DNA from: Nitrospirota bacterium
GTDB taxonomy: Bacteria > Nitrospirota > UBA9217
DNA: 64,000 nucleotides
Assembly (NCBI GenBank): GCA_963663225.1
Contig: OY760142.1
Location: 2,304,001-2,368,000 of the forward strand
Reading direction: 5' to 3'
Positions 38,839-49,381 of this stretch are shown here, one piece after another; the stretch's first letter is position 1, and each line of letters begins with the position of its first letter. The position numbers and the translations under genes are program-made. The notes under the pieces were generated by a model. It was given only the letters and a program-made list of their open reading frames with translations, was not told where the DNA came from and made no database searches.

Positions 38839-39969
38839 ATGTTATCTCTCTATATTCATATTCCTTTTTGTGTCGGAAAGTGTTTGTACTGTGGCTTTTA
38901 TTCAACACTTTATTTGCCGAAGAAAGCTGATGAATTTATCGATGCTCTGCGCATCGAAGTGGAGCAGTGCCGGAAAAAATTTGTTGGCAGACGGGTCGGG
39001 ACGATTTACATCGGCGGCGGCACACCGACCGTATTGTCGGTTGAACAATTAAAACGAGTGGTAGATCTTGTAAAGAAAAACTTCATGCTCGACGATATTC
39101 CGGAGTTCACTATCGAGGCAAACCCGAACTCTGTTACAGCCGATAGTCTTGCATCCCTCGTTCGTCAAGGAGTGAACAGGCTGAGTCTGGGAGTTCAGTC
39201 GTTTTCTGACCGGACGCTGCAAACGCTTGGGCGGCCCCACAGCGTACAACAGGCCGTGGATGCCATTACACTTGCGCGAACAACGGGATTTAAAAATATC
39301 GGCATCGATCTGATCTTTGGCGTACCGGAGCAGAGCACGACAGAATGGAAAAAAACAATCGATACAGCAACAGCGCTTCACCCTGAACATATTTCGGCAT
39401 ACAGCCTTTCCATCGATGAAGGATCACAATTTATGCAGCTCATTCAAGCGGGCACTCTCGCTCTGCCTGACGAAGAAACTGTTGCAGGTATGTATGAATT
39501 GACCGTCCAAAAACTACAGCAAACAGGCTATCATCGCTATGAAATTTCAAATTTTTCCTTTCCCGGATTTGCGTGCAGGCATAACCTGAACTACTGGAAT
39601 CGCGGCGAGTATCTGGGGATCGGGCCGGGTTCCGCTTCGTTTATCGGTGAAAGACGATATGAGAATATTGCAGACATCGATGAATATATCCTTCGTTTGC
39701 GGAACGGCTGTTCAATAATCGCGCGCGAGGAGGCCGTCGGTATTGATGCTGCAGCGAGGGAATATTTGCTGCTTGGACTCAGGACTGCACAAGGAGTGGA
39801 TCTTTGCCGCGTCCAGCTGGAGTTCGGAACGGATTCTTTAAAACAGCTGGAGAAAAATATAACCGCACTGGAAGCCGCAGGATTGGTCTTCCGAGCGAAT
39901 GGGTATTTGCGGCTGACAGACCGCGGATTTTTATTATCTGACGAGGCTCTGGCGCGGCTTTCGGCATAA
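38839..39969 (+). CDS. hemW: Radical SAM heme chaperone
   Basis: YIHIPFC...CLYC, GGGTP, YEISNF and HNLNYW. Confidence 0.92.
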   Translation: MLSLYIHIPFCVGKCLYCGFYSTLYLPKKADEFIDALRIEVEQCRKKFVGRRVGTIYIGGGTPTVLSVEQLKRVVDLVKKNFMLDDIPEFTIEANPNSVTADSLASLVRQGVNRLSLGVQSFSDRTLQTLGRPHSVQQAVDAITLARTTGFKNIGIDLIFGVPEQSTTEWKKTIDTATALHPEHISAYSLSIDEGSQFMQLIQAGTLALPDEETVAGMYELTVQKLQQTGYHRYEISNFSFPGFACRHNLNYWNRGEYLGIGPGSASFIGERRYENIADIDEYILRLRNGCSIIAREEAVGIDAAAREYLLLGLRTAQGVDLCRVQLEFGTDSLKQLEKNITALEAAGLVFRANGYLRLTDRGFLLSDEALARLSA

Positions 39970-40044
39970 ATTTTTGTTTACACCCGCACTACGCCATGCT
40001 ATAGTATTTCGTTCTTAACGAGAAAATCGGAGGTCGCTGTAATC

Positions 40045-42360
40045 GTGCATAAAAACCTCATGGCCGTGGGAGCATGGCTCATGCTGTTTATCGCAGCAAT
40101 TGTGTTTCCCTGTGCGGCGCAAGACACAAAAATTACGCTGATTGAGATTCAGGGAAACAAGAGAATTGAAACGGCGACAATCCTCGCAAAGCTCAGATCG
40201 AAAGAAGGCGATTTTTTTTCTCCCTCCCTTATCAAGGAAGACATCAAGGCACTCTATCAACTTGGTCATTTCGAGGATGTCCAGGTAAAAACCGAGGGTT
40301 TTGAAAGCGGCCTCAAAATTATCTTCTCGCTAAAAGAGAAACCGCTCATCCGGGAAATAATCTATGAGGGCAACGATGAGGTGTCGCTGGAAACCCTGAA
40401 GGAAGGCATCACCTTATTGCCGAGGACGGCGTACAACCAGCAGTTGATTAATGAAAATGCCGAGAAACTGCGGCTCAAGTACCAGGACAAGGGCTTTTAT
40501 GAAGCCGTCGTGGTGCCCGTAGTTACCGAGCTTCGCAACGGCGACAGAAACGTTACATTTTATATAGAAGAAGGCAAAAAGGTAAAATTATCTGATGTCG
40601 TTATTACAGGAAACACTGCACTGACATCAAAAGAGATAAAAGACGCTTTAAAGAACCAGGAATGGTGGATATTTTCTTTTTTTGGACACAGCGGCGCATT
40701 AAGGACGGACGAGCTCAAGGAAGATGTTGAAACCATTAAGAACCTTTACTTCAACAAGGGCTATATCCAGGTGCAGGTGGATGACCCGGTCATTGAGTTC
40801 AAAGACAAGAAAAAGAAAAACAAGCTTGTTTTGCGCTTCAATGTTAAGGAAGGCGACCAATTCCGTGTTGGTTCAGTAACATTCAAAGGGAATTCCATAA
40901 TTTCGAGCAGTGAACTCACGAAAGAGGTCAAACTGAAACCCGGTGATGTATTCAGCAGAGACTTGCTTCGGCATGATGTTAGCAGAGTTATGGATCGCTA
41001 CGACGGAATTGCCCGTCCGTTTGCCAGTGTTATCCCGCAGTTTAACATTGATTCCGCTAGAAAAACGGTCGCGCTCACGATGGAAATTCAAGAAGGCGGG
41101 GAAGTACGAATCGGCAGGATTGAAATTACCGGCAACCCAAAGACCCGCGACAAGGTCATCCGGCGGGAAATACGTCTTGACGAAGGAGATCTTTACAGCA
41201 AAAAAGCACTTAAGAGAAGCTATGACCGGATCAACAACCTTAACTTTTTCGAAAGCGTCGACATCGTCCCTGAGCGCAGACAAGATTCGATCATGGATCT
41301 GAACGTCAAGGTCAAGGAAAAATCAACCGGCATGATAAGCGTCGGCGGAGGTTACAGTTCGGTCGATAAAATGATGGGCATGATCGAGTTCACGCAGGGC
41401 AATCTTTTCGGTCGCGGCCAGCTTCTCAAGATCAAAGCACAGGTTGCCATGGCTGGGACGACCAATCAATATATGTTTAGCTTTGTTGAGCCCTATCTTT
41501 TTGACAAACAAATCTCCGGCAGAGTTGATCTTTACTCGCAGACCACAGAGTATGACGGTTATAACGCCAAATCAAAGGGTTTTGGGCTGTCAATCGGAAA
41601 AACCTTCGGAGAATATGTTTCTACTTCGCTCAAATACGGACTGGATAGTACAAAATATACTTTATCAACAGAAAACTCTGACACTCCCCCGAACGATATT
41701 AAAACTCTCATTAATGACTATGGGGATGGAGACCCCAACAGTGCCACGATTATGACGAGTTCGGTAACATGGAGCATCTCCAGAGATTCGAGGGATTATT
41801 ATCTCGATCCCAAAACAGGTTCAAGAAACAGTTTCTTCGTCCAATATGCAGGCGGTCCGCTCGGGGGGGATCCAAATTTCTATAAAACGGTAATCGATTC
41901 CGCCTGGTACTATCCACTGTTTTGGGACACCGTTTTTATGGTCCGCGGCAGGTTCGGATATATGGAATCACTCATTGATAAGCCTGTACCGTTAACCGAG
42001 CGGTTTTTTGTGGGCGGTCCCGGCAGTGTCCGTGGCTTCCAATATGGAGGCGCAGGCCCCATTGATGATACCGGTAATCGGCTCGGCGGAACTAAAGAGC
42101 TTATTTTTAATTTTGAATACAATTTCCCGTTGTATCCGGCCGCGAGGCTAAAAGGTCTTGTATTCTATGACATTGGAAGGGCTTTTGGCATAGAACCGTT
42201 CAGGTCCTTTAAAATAGAGGATTTGGCACATTCTTATGGATTCGGTATTTACTGGCTTTCACCGTTCGGTCCGCTTAAGTTCGAATTCGGTTTCCCGTTA
42301 AAGAAAAATTCAACAGACAAATTGAGTTCGTTTGATTTTTCGATTGGTTCACAGTTCTAG
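40045..42360 (+). CDS. bamA: Outer-membrane protein assembly factor
   Basis: POTRA repeats, KTRDKVIRRE, VRGF motif, terminal FSIGSQF. Confidence 0.97.
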   Translation: MHKNLMAVGAWLMLFIAAIVFPCAAQDTKITLIEIQGNKRIETATILAKLRSKEGDFFSPSLIKEDIKALYQLGHFEDVQVKTEGFESGLKIIFSLKEKPLIREIIYEGNDEVSLETLKEGITLLPRTAYNQQLINENAEKLRLKYQDKGFYEAVVVPVVTELRNGDRNVTFYIEEGKKVKLSDVVITGNTALTSKEIKDALKNQEWWIFSFFGHSGALRTDELKEDVETIKNLYFNKGYIQVQVDDPVIEFKDKKKKNKLVLRFNVKEGDQFRVGSVTFKGNSIISSSELTKEVKLKPGDVFSRDLLRHDVSRVMDRYDGIARPFASVIPQFNIDSARKTVALTMEIQEGGEVRIGRIEITGNPKTRDKVIRREIRLDEGDLYSKKALKRSYDRINNLNFFESVDIVPERRQDSIMDLNVKVKEKSTGMISVGGGYSSVDKMMGMIEFTQGNLFGRGQLLKIKAQVAMAGTTNQYMFSFVEPYLFDKQISGRVDLYSQTTEYDGYNAKSKGFGLSIGKTFGEYVSTSLKYGLDSTKYTLSTENSDTPPNDIKTLINDYGDGDPNSATIMTSSVTWSISRDSRDYYLDPKTGSRNSFFVQYAGGPLGGDPNFYKTVIDSAWYYPLFWDTVFMVRGRFGYMESLIDKPVPLTERFFVGGPGSVRGFQYGGAGPIDDTGNRLGGTKELIFNFEYNFPLYPAARLKGLVFYDIGRAFGIEPFRSFKIEDLAHSYGFGIYWLSPFGPLKFEFGFPLKKNSTDKLSSFDFSIGSQF

Positions 42361-42461
42361 CAGCGTTTGTTCCTAGATGACGGGCTTACCAAGGGAGTAT
42401 CTTCGATAATGTACTGATCGGCAAGGTAGTAATGATTGTAACTATTCAGGGAGGTATCACA

Positions 42462-43010
42462 ATGAAAAAAGTAGCAGTGGCGTGCGCCATGGTTCTGATG
42501 CTGACGACGGGTGCCATGGCAGGAGACGGAAAGACGGCGTATGTTGACACTCAGGCTGTTTTTGAGAAGACCAGTCTGGGCAAAAAATATCAGGGTATTG
42601 TACGGGAATATTATGAAAGCCGCAAGAAAATTTTGGACACGGATGCCGCGGAAATACAAAAACTGCAGGAAGAATACGGCAAGCAAAAACAGGCAAAACT
42701 GCTGAACGAAAAGGCACAGAAAAGCAAAGAAGAGGTGATCAACCGCAAAATCAACGAATTCCAGAAAAAACGCGATGAATTCGGGGCGGAAATAGGGAAA
42801 AAGAATGAGGAATTGTCAACTGAGTTCAGCCAAAAGATGCAGGAAATTATTAAAGCGGTAGCCAAAAAGGAAAAGGTATCGCTGGTGCTGACAAAGGGCA
42901 TTAATATCATGTCAAAGTCAGAAGTTCCATCAGTCTTATATGCAGAGGATGAACTGGATCTTACAGAAAAGATTGTTGCTGAAATGAACAAAAGAGAGCC
43001 GGGAAAATAA
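42462..43010 (+). CDS. skp: Periplasmic chaperone Skp/OmpH
   Basis: Signal peptide, AYVD, coiled coils, VLYA...DLT; lies between bamA and lpxD. Confidence 0.92.
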   Translation: MKKVAVACAMVLMLTTGAMAGDGKTAYVDTQAVFEKTSLGKKYQGIVREYYESRKKILDTDAAEIQKLQEEYGKQKQAKLLNEKAQKSKEEVINRKINEFQKKRDEFGAEIGKKNEELSTEFSQKMQEIIKAVAKKEKVSLVLTKGINIMSKSEVPSVLYAEDELDLTEKIVAEMNKREPGK

Positions 43011-43048
43011 CAGAGGGGTGAATCCTTGCAGCAAAGGGGATTGTAACG

Positions 43049-44077
43049 ATGAAACTTAAAGATCTGGCTGACAAACTTGGCGCTCAACTGGACGGTGCAG
43101 GAGAAGTAGAAATTACTGGTGCGATCGGCCTCCTTGAAGCAGGAACAGGGCATATTACTTTTTTTGAAGGAAAAAACTTCAAACAACTGGATCAAGTGCG
43201 TGCCTCGGCTGTTCTTGTGCCTTTGGACGCACCGAAATTCCCTTTTGCGGTACTGCGCGTTAAAAATCCGCGGCTGGCTTTTGCCCGGGTGCTTGAAATA
43301 TTTTACGTCAAACCGCATCAGTCGCTTGGTATAAGCAAACAGGCGGTAGTTGGCCAGAATGTCGTTATCGGTTCGGAAGCGACGCTGCATCCGTTCGTGG
43401 TGGTTGCAGATGACGTGCGAATCGGCAATCGGGTGACTCTCTACCCCGGTGTTTACGTGGGACAGGGATCAATAATAGATGACGACTGTATTGTCTATCC
43501 GAATGCGGTCATACGGGAAGGTACCCGCATCGGCAAACGGGTAATTATCCATGCGGGAGCGACAATCGGCAGCGACGGATTCGGATTTGTTACGGATGGC
43601 GGGAAACATCACAAAATACCGCAAGTAGGCGGAGTGGTTGTTGAAGATGACGTGGAAATTGGCGCCAATACGACGGTAGATCGCGCGACGCTGGGCAACA
43701 CCCTGATCAAACAGGGGACCAAAATCGACAATCTGGTGCAGATTGCCCATAACGTTACCATTGGGGAGCACTGTTTCCTCATGTCCCAGGTCGGGATTGC
43801 CGGGAGCTGCACGATCGGCAATTATGTTGTTCTGGCTGGTCAGGTCGGACTGGCTGACCATATCACGATCGGCGACCGCGCCATGGTCGGCGCCAAGTCG
43901 GGTATTATGAGAGACATCAAGGCAGGTCAAATAGCGGCAGGAAGCCCCGCCTTGCCGCATAAAGAGTGGGCTAAGGTGTACTCTGTTCTGCCGAAATTGC
44001 CAGAGCTCAGAAGGCATATTATGGATCTTGAAAAACAGGTGCTTGAGTTAAAACAACAGGTAGCAGAGCATAAATAG
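43049..44077 (+). CDS. lpxD: UDP-3-O-acylglucosamine N-acyltransferase
   Basis: Hexapeptide repeats, IGSDGFGF and [12 protein letters not shown]. Confidence 0.97.
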   Translation: MKLKDLADKLGAQLDGAGEVEITGAIGLLEAGTGHITFFEGKNFKQLDQVRASAVLVPLDAPKFPFAVLRVKNPRLAFARVLEIFYVKPHQSLGISKQAVVGQNVVIGSEATLHPFVVVADDVRIGNRVTLYPGVYVGQGSIIDDDCIVYPNAVIREGTRIGKRVIIHAGATIGSDGFGFVTDGGKHHKIPQVGGVVVEDDVEIGANTTVDRATLGNTLIKQGTKIDNLVQIAHNVTIGEHCFLMSQVGIAGSCTIGNYVVLAGQVGLADHITIGDRAMVGAKSGIMRDIKAGQIAAGSPALPHKEWAKVYSVLPKLPELRRHIMDLEKQVLELKQQVAEHK

Positions 44078-44093
44078 AGAGGAGGACCGCCTT

Positions 44094-44531
44094 ATGTTTG
44101 ACATTAATGAGATTATCAAAACTCTTCCTCACCGGTATCCTTTTCTTCTTGTCGACCGGATATTGGAATTTGAAAAAGGCAAACGAATTGTAGGGTTGAA
44201 GAACGTAACGATCAACGAGCCGTTCTTTCAGGGACACTTCCCCGGTCATCCCATCATGCCGGGAGTGCTGCTCCTTGAGGCCATGGCACAGACGGGAGGG
44301 GTTCTTGCTTTGAAATCCCAACCGGAACATGATGTCCAGAACAAAGTGATTTATTTTATGAGCATTGACAAGGCAAAGTTCCGCAAGCCTGTTGTGCCGG
44401 GGGATCAGGTCCGATTTGAACTCGACATCATCAAGCATCGCGGCAATATAACCGGACTGAAGGCAGTTGCGAAAGTTGACGGCGCAGTAGTAGCAGAAGC
44501 TGAAATGATGGCTATGATCGTAGACAAATAA
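44094..44531 (+). CDS. fabZ: 3-hydroxyacyl-ACP dehydratase
   Basis: LPHRYPFLLVDR and FFQGHFP..PIMPGVL. Confidence 0.98.
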   Translation: MFDINEIIKTLPHRYPFLLVDRILEFEKGKRIVGLKNVTINEPFFQGHFPGHPIMPGVLLLEAMAQTGGVLALKSQPEHDVQNKVIYFMSIDKAKFRKPVVPGDQVRFELDIIKHRGNITGLKAVAKVDGAVVAEAEMMAMIVDK

Positions 44532-44548
44532 AATTAGAGGAGCAGATT

Positions 44549-45322
44549 GTGAACATACATCCGACGGCATTAGTACATCCGAATGCAAAACTGGCCGAGG
44601 GAGTGGAAATAGGCCCTTATTCGTCGATTGGCGAGCACGTGACGATCGGCAAAGATACAAAAATTGCGGCGCATGTGGTGATTGAAGGGTGGACCACCAT
44701 CGGCGAGAGAAACCATATTTATCCATTTTCGAGTGTTGGCATGCCACCGCAGGACATCGGCTACAAAGAAGAAGAAACATCCCTCATCATCGGCGATGAT
44801 AATATCATCAGAGAATGCGCCACGATACATCGGGCCACCACCAAAGAGGATCGAAAAACGGTGATTGGCAACAAAAATTTTCTCATGGCCTATTCGCATG
44901 TTGCGCATGACTGCAAACTGGGAAGTAATATCATTATGGCAAACTCCGTGGCACTCGGCGGCCATATTGTCATTGAAGATTATGCCATTATCGGCGGTAT
45001 TGTGTGCGTGCACCAATTTGTGAGGATCGGGTCCTATTGCATGATCGGCGGAGGGTCTGCGGTATCCCTTGATATTCCTCCCTATGTCAGCGCAGCAGGA
45101 AACCATGCGACGTTATACGGCTTGAATTTGATCGGACTCAAACGGAGGGGATTTGGAGAAGAGGCAATCAGCAATATTAAAAAAGCATACAAACTCATTT
45201 TCCGATCGGGATTGACGCTCGAGGAATCAATCAAAAAAACGTCGGCGGAAATTCCGGATGCAAAAGAAGTTCGGCATCTGCTCAATTTTATCCGCGGAAC
45301 TCGACGAGGAATAACACGATAA
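44549..45322 (+). CDS. lpxA: Acyl-ACP--UDP-GlcNAc(3N) acyltransferase
   Basis: IHPTA, MAYSHVAHDC, HQFVRIG and GLNLIGLKRRGF. Confidence 0.97.
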   Translation: MNIHPTALVHPNAKLAEGVEIGPYSSIGEHVTIGKDTKIAAHVVIEGWTTIGERNHIYPFSSVGMPPQDIGYKEEETSLIIGDDNIIRECATIHRATTKEDRKTVIGNKNFLMAYSHVAHDCKLGSNIIMANSVALGGHIVIEDYAIIGGIVCVHQFVRIGSYCMIGGGSAVSLDIPPYVSAAGNHATLYGLNLIGLKRRGFGEEAISNIKKAYKLIFRSGLTLEESIKKTSAEIPDAKEVRHLLNFIRGTRRGITR

Positions 45323-45329
45323 ACAGCTT

Positions 45330-46148
45330 ATGAAGATAGGTCTAATCGCAGGGAACGGCAGGTTCCCGATCATTTTTGCGCAGGCGGCAAAGCAAAAAGG
45401 AATGCAGGTCATCGCGGTGGCGCATGAAGGCGAAACATCGCCTGAGCTTTCGCAGTGGGTGGACGGCATTTTCTGGATCAAGGTCGGCCAGCTCGGCAAG
45501 ATCATTTCCATTTTTAAAGAACAGCAGGTAAGCGACGTGATGATGGCCGGCGGCATCAAAAAGACGCACCTCTTTTCAGGAGCCATGCCCGATTTGCGGG
45601 GCATAGCCTTCCTTACCAAAATGATTCATAAAAAAGACGATTCCATTTTACGGGCTGTTGCCGCTGAGCTGGAATCTGAAGGCATTACGGTGAGGGAATC
45701 AACCCAGTATCTTGACAGTATCCTGGCTGCGCCCGGTGTTTTGACAAAAAGAAAACCGTCAAAGGACGAACATAAGGACATCGACTTCGGCTGGCAGATA
45801 GCAAAAGAGGTCGGCAGACTTGATATCGGCCAGACGGTGCTTGTGAAAGACCAGGCCGTGCTCGCCGTGGAGGCGATTGAGGGGACAGACGAAACCATCC
45901 GCCGGGGGGGGCTTTTGTGCAAGAAAGGGGCAGTTGTGGTCAAAGTCTGCAAACCCAACCAGGATTTGCGGTTCGACCTCCCTGCTATCGGCACGCAGAC
46001 TATTAAAAGCATGGAGCAGGTCAAGGCATCCTGTCTTGCCATTGAGGCGGGAAAAACCATTATTATCGATCGGGAAGCCGTCGTGCGCGATGCTGACCGG
46101 GCGGGTATTGCCGTTATAGCAATACAGGACATAGGTGAAAACATATGA
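45330..46148 (+). CDS. lpxI: UDP-2,3-diacylglucosamine pyrophosphatase
   Basis: GLIAGNGRFP, DIGQ, AVEAIEGTD and QDLRFDLP. Confidence 0.95.
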   Translation: MKIGLIAGNGRFPIIFAQAAKQKGMQVIAVAHEGETSPELSQWVDGIFWIKVGQLGKIISIFKEQQVSDVMMAGGIKKTHLFSGAMPDLRGIAFLTKMIHKKDDSILRAVAAELESEGITVRESTQYLDSILAAPGVLTKRKPSKDEHKDIDFGWQIAKEVGRLDIGQTVLVKDQAVLAVEAIEGTDETIRRGGLLCKKGAVVVKVCKPNQDLRFDLPAIGTQTIKSMEQVKASCLAIEAGKTIIIDREAVVRDADRAGIAVIAIQDIGENI

Positions 46149-47095
46149 AAAAAATCAAAGTCGGCGTGATCGGCGTGGGCTATCTGGGACAGTTCCATGC
46201 TGAAAAATATGCTGGCATCCCGGATGCGGAGCTTGTCGGCGTTGTTGATGCGGATGGTGCCCGTGCCGTCCAGATAGCAAACAAGCTGCAGACCCGTGCT
46301 TTTTCCTTGCCGTCGGATTTGCTCGGGAAAGTAGATGCGGTGAATATCGTCGTCCCGACAACCCTGCACTACGGGGTCGCGAAGCAATTTTTGGAACAGA
46401 GCATCCATGTTCTTCTCGAAAAACCGATGTGTGTGACTTCCGAGCAGGCTGATGAGCTCAACAGTCTTGCTGCCCGTCAAGGTGTGATTTTGCAAATCGG
46501 TCACATAGAACGGTTCAATCCTGCCGTCATCGCAATAAAGAAGATGCTGGGTACTCCGCGCTACCTGACCTCAGAGCGCATGGCCCCTTTTACAGTCCGC
46601 TGTACGGATGTCAATGTGGTGCTGGATCTCATGATCCATGATCTTGACATTGTCTCGGACCTTTCAGAATCAGAACCGGAGAAAGTCAGCGCTGTAGGTG
46701 CATCAGTCATTACCAGAGAGATTGACGCGGCGTCAGCCCGTATTGTCTTTCGAAACGGATGCATTGCCGACGTTGTTGCCAGCAGGGTATCGGATGAAAA
46801 AAAACGTGTTCTGCGGGCATTCGATGAAGACAAAGTTCTTTTTGCCGACTACCAGACACAAAAAGCGATAGTATCGCGCAGAGGAGGCAATGCTGTTCCG
46901 GAGCTGATATCGCAGGATATCTCCCTGGAACGGCGCGATACGCTCAATGAAGAAATCAAGGCTTTCATCGCCAGTATCCAAACCAATACGCGCCCGCTGG
47001 TGTCAGGCATCGAAGGGAAAAGAGCTCTGACGCTCGCGCGGCTGATTACCGAAAATATTGAAAAAGGCATTACCGGTCTTGTTCCGGTGCCGTAG
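46145..47095 (+). CDS. gnnA: Gfo/Idh/MocA oxidoreductase, probable UDP-GlcNAc 3-dehydrogenase
   Basis: GVGYLGQFHA, EKP, GHIERFNP and DLMIHDLD; located between lpxA/lpxI and lpxB. Confidence 0.8.
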   Translation: MKKIKVGVIGVGYLGQFHAEKYAGIPDAELVGVVDADGARAVQIANKLQTRAFSLPSDLLGKVDAVNIVVPTTLHYGVAKQFLEQSIHVLLEKPMCVTSEQADELNSLAARQGVILQIGHIERFNPAVIAIKKMLGTPRYLTSERMAPFTVRCTDVNVVLDLMIHDLDIVSDLSESEPEKVSAVGASVITREIDAASARIVFRNGCIADVVASRVSDEKKRVLRAFDEDKVLFADYQTQKAIVSRRGGNAVPELISQDISLERRDTLNEEIKAFIASIQTNTRPLVSGIEGKRALTLARLITENIEKGITGLVPVP

Positions 47096-47112
47096 AGAGG
47101 AGCTTTATTATT

Positions 47113-48213
47113 ATGACAGTACCTATGGTTGACTTGAAAATACAATATGAAGCGTTAAAAGAGGAAATCAATGCGGCCGTTCTGGGTGTTATGCAAAGCA
47201 CGCAATTCATCCTCGGCCCCCACGGAAAAGCCCTCGAAGAGGAGGTGGCCAGGTACCACGGGGTGAAGCATGCCGTATCCGTGGCCTCGGGAACAGACGC
47301 GCTCCATCTTGCGCTTCGTGCTGCGGGAATACAGCAGGGCGATGAGGTAATTACCACGGCCTTCACGTTTATCGCAACTGCTGAAGCGGTATCGTATCTT
47401 GGCGCCGTACCGGTGTTTATAGATATCGATCCCGCCACCTTTAATATGGATGTCTCAAAAATTGAAGCGGCTATTACCAAAAAGACGAAGGCCATACTTC
47501 CGGTGCATCTGTACGGACAGCCGGTGGACATGGATGGTTTGATGCAGGTTGCCAAAAAACACGGTCTCAAGGTTATTGAGGACTGCGCACAATCTTTTGG
47601 AGCGGACTATCGTGGAAAAAAGACCGGTACTTTTGGAGAATTCGGCTGTTTCAGTTTCTTCCCGAGCAAGAACCTCGGCGGCTACGGTGATGGCGGCATG
47701 GTGATCACTGATGATGCAAAGCTGGCAGAACATCTGCTGAGTCTGCGAAACCACGGAAGCCATGTCCGATATTACCATGATGAAATCGGATATAACAGCA
47801 GGCTTGATGAGATGCAGGCCGCTATTCTACGCATCAAATTCAAACATATTGAAGAATTCAACACAAAACGCAGAAATAATGCTCATTTGTACGGCACGTA
47901 TCTTTCAGGAAACGGTATTCAGATTCCATCCGAAATGAATGAATCGAAGCATGTTTTCCACCAGTATACCATTAAGATCAAGAACCGGGATGCAGTAAAG
48001 AAAAAACTGGATGATGAAAAAATCACCTCATCCATGATCTACTATCCTGTCCCGCTCCATCTTCAATCCGCGTACAAAAACCTGGGAATGGCCCCTGGAA
48101 GCCTGCCGATGACCGAACAGGTCTCGCATGAAGTGCTGTCGCTTCCCATGTATCCCGAGCTTACCGAGGCGCAGGTCAAACAAGTGTCCGAAGCGGTGAA
48201 AAGAGCGCTCTAG
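47113..48213 (+). CDS. gnnB: DegT/DnrJ PLP aminotransferase, probable UDP-3-keto-GlcNAc aminotransferase
   Basis: SGTDAL, EDCAQ, SFFPSKNLG and NSRLDEMQA; synteny with gnnA and lpxB. Confidence 0.8.
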   Translation: MTVPMVDLKIQYEALKEEINAAVLGVMQSTQFILGPHGKALEEEVARYHGVKHAVSVASGTDALHLALRAAGIQQGDEVITTAFTFIATAEAVSYLGAVPVFIDIDPATFNMDVSKIEAAITKKTKAILPVHLYGQPVDMDGLMQVAKKHGLKVIEDCAQSFGADYRGKKTGTFGEFGCFSFFPSKNLGGYGDGGMVITDDAKLAEHLLSLRNHGSHVRYYHDEIGYNSRLDEMQAAILRIKFKHIEEFNTKRRNNAHLYGTYLSGNGIQIPSEMNESKHVFHQYTIKIKNRDAVKKKLDDEKITSSMIYYPVPLHLQSAYKNLGMAPGSLPMTEQVSHEVLSLPMYPELTEAQVKQVSEAVKRAL

Positions 48214-48239
48214 CAAGAGATGACAATCAGAAGACCGGC

Positions 48240-49379
48240 ATGAAAAAAGTCATGATTATGTCGGGAGAGGCGTCGGGCGACTTGCACGGCGCAAACCTCG
48301 CGCGTGAACTTCGAAAGCTTGATCCGTCCATCGCCCTGTACGGTGTCGGCAGCAAACACATGCGGGATGCCGGTGTCCAAATGTTTGCGGATGCCTCTGA
48401 AATTTCCGTTGTAGGTGCTGTGGAAGTGCTGACGCATCTGAGCGCCATACTCAGGGTTTTGAACAGATTAAAAAGTTTTTTGAAACAGGAACGCCCCGAT
48501 CTTCTAGTTCTCATAGATTTTCCGGATTTTAACATCAGGCTCGGCAAGGCCGCACGGAAATTGGGCATTCCGATCCTGTATTATATAAGCCCCCAGGTAT
48601 GGGCGTGGCGCAAAGGCCGTATCAAGACGATTGCCGCTTTGGTCAAGGCCATGATCGTGGTCTTTCCCTTTGAGGTGGAGATTTATAAAACTGCCGGTGT
48701 GGATGTGCGGTATGTCGGGCATCCTCTGACTGATATCGTGCAATCCCCCCTGAGCCGGATCGATGCGCGAAAACAACTCGGCCTTGATCCGGAAAAGAAG
48801 ACCGTAGCACTGTTGCCGGGAAGCAGGACGAAGGAAATCACCTATCTTCTTCCTGATATGCTGGCAGCAGGAAAAATTCTGCAAAAACGTTTTCCGGATA
48901 TTCAATTTGTTTTACCGGTTGCGCCCACACTTTCAGAAAACTTTATCCGTACGATTACGAACAAGAGTGGAATTGTCGTAAAACTCATTGATGGCCGGGT
49001 ATACGATGTCCTTCGCGCCTCGGATGCTGCCATGGTAACGTCCGGGACGGCAACCCTTGAAACCGGACTTATGGGCGTACCGATGGTCATTGTTTACCGC
49101 CTTTCCTCCCTGTCCTATCACATAGGCAGACTGCTCATCGATGTCAAACAGATAGGATTGGTGAATATTGTCGCAGGGGAAAAGATAGTGCCTGAACTGG
49201 TTCAACACGACGCAACGCCTGAAAAAATAGCAGCAGCCATGACGGAAATCATGGGCAATCCGGAATATTATAAGCAGATACAGAACAAGCTTGCAGGAGT
49301 TCATGCGCAGCTTGGGGAAACAGGTGCAAGCATACGTGTCGCTTCTATCGTACTGGATTTTCTGAAGGGCATTAACTGA
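48240..49379 (+). CDS. lpxB: Lipid A disaccharide synthase
   Basis: GEASGDLHG, IDFPDFN, SPQVWAWR, LLPGSR and SGTATLE. Confidence 0.97.
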   Translation: MKKVMIMSGEASGDLHGANLARELRKLDPSIALYGVGSKHMRDAGVQMFADASEISVVGAVEVLTHLSAILRVLNRLKSFLKQERPDLLVLIDFPDFNIRLGKAARKLGIPILYYISPQVWAWRKGRIKTIAALVKAMIVVFPFEVEIYKTAGVDVRYVGHPLTDIVQSPLSRIDARKQLGLDPEKKTVALLPGSRTKEITYLLPDMLAAGKILQKRFPDIQFVLPVAPTLSENFIRTITNKSGIVVKLIDGRVYDVLRASDAAMVTSGTATLETGLMGVPMVIVYRLSSLSYHIGRLLIDVKQIGLVNIVAGEKIVPELVQHDATPEKIAAAMTEIMGNPEYYKQIQNKLAGVHAQLGETGASIRVASIVLDFLKGIN

Positions 49380-49381
49380 AT

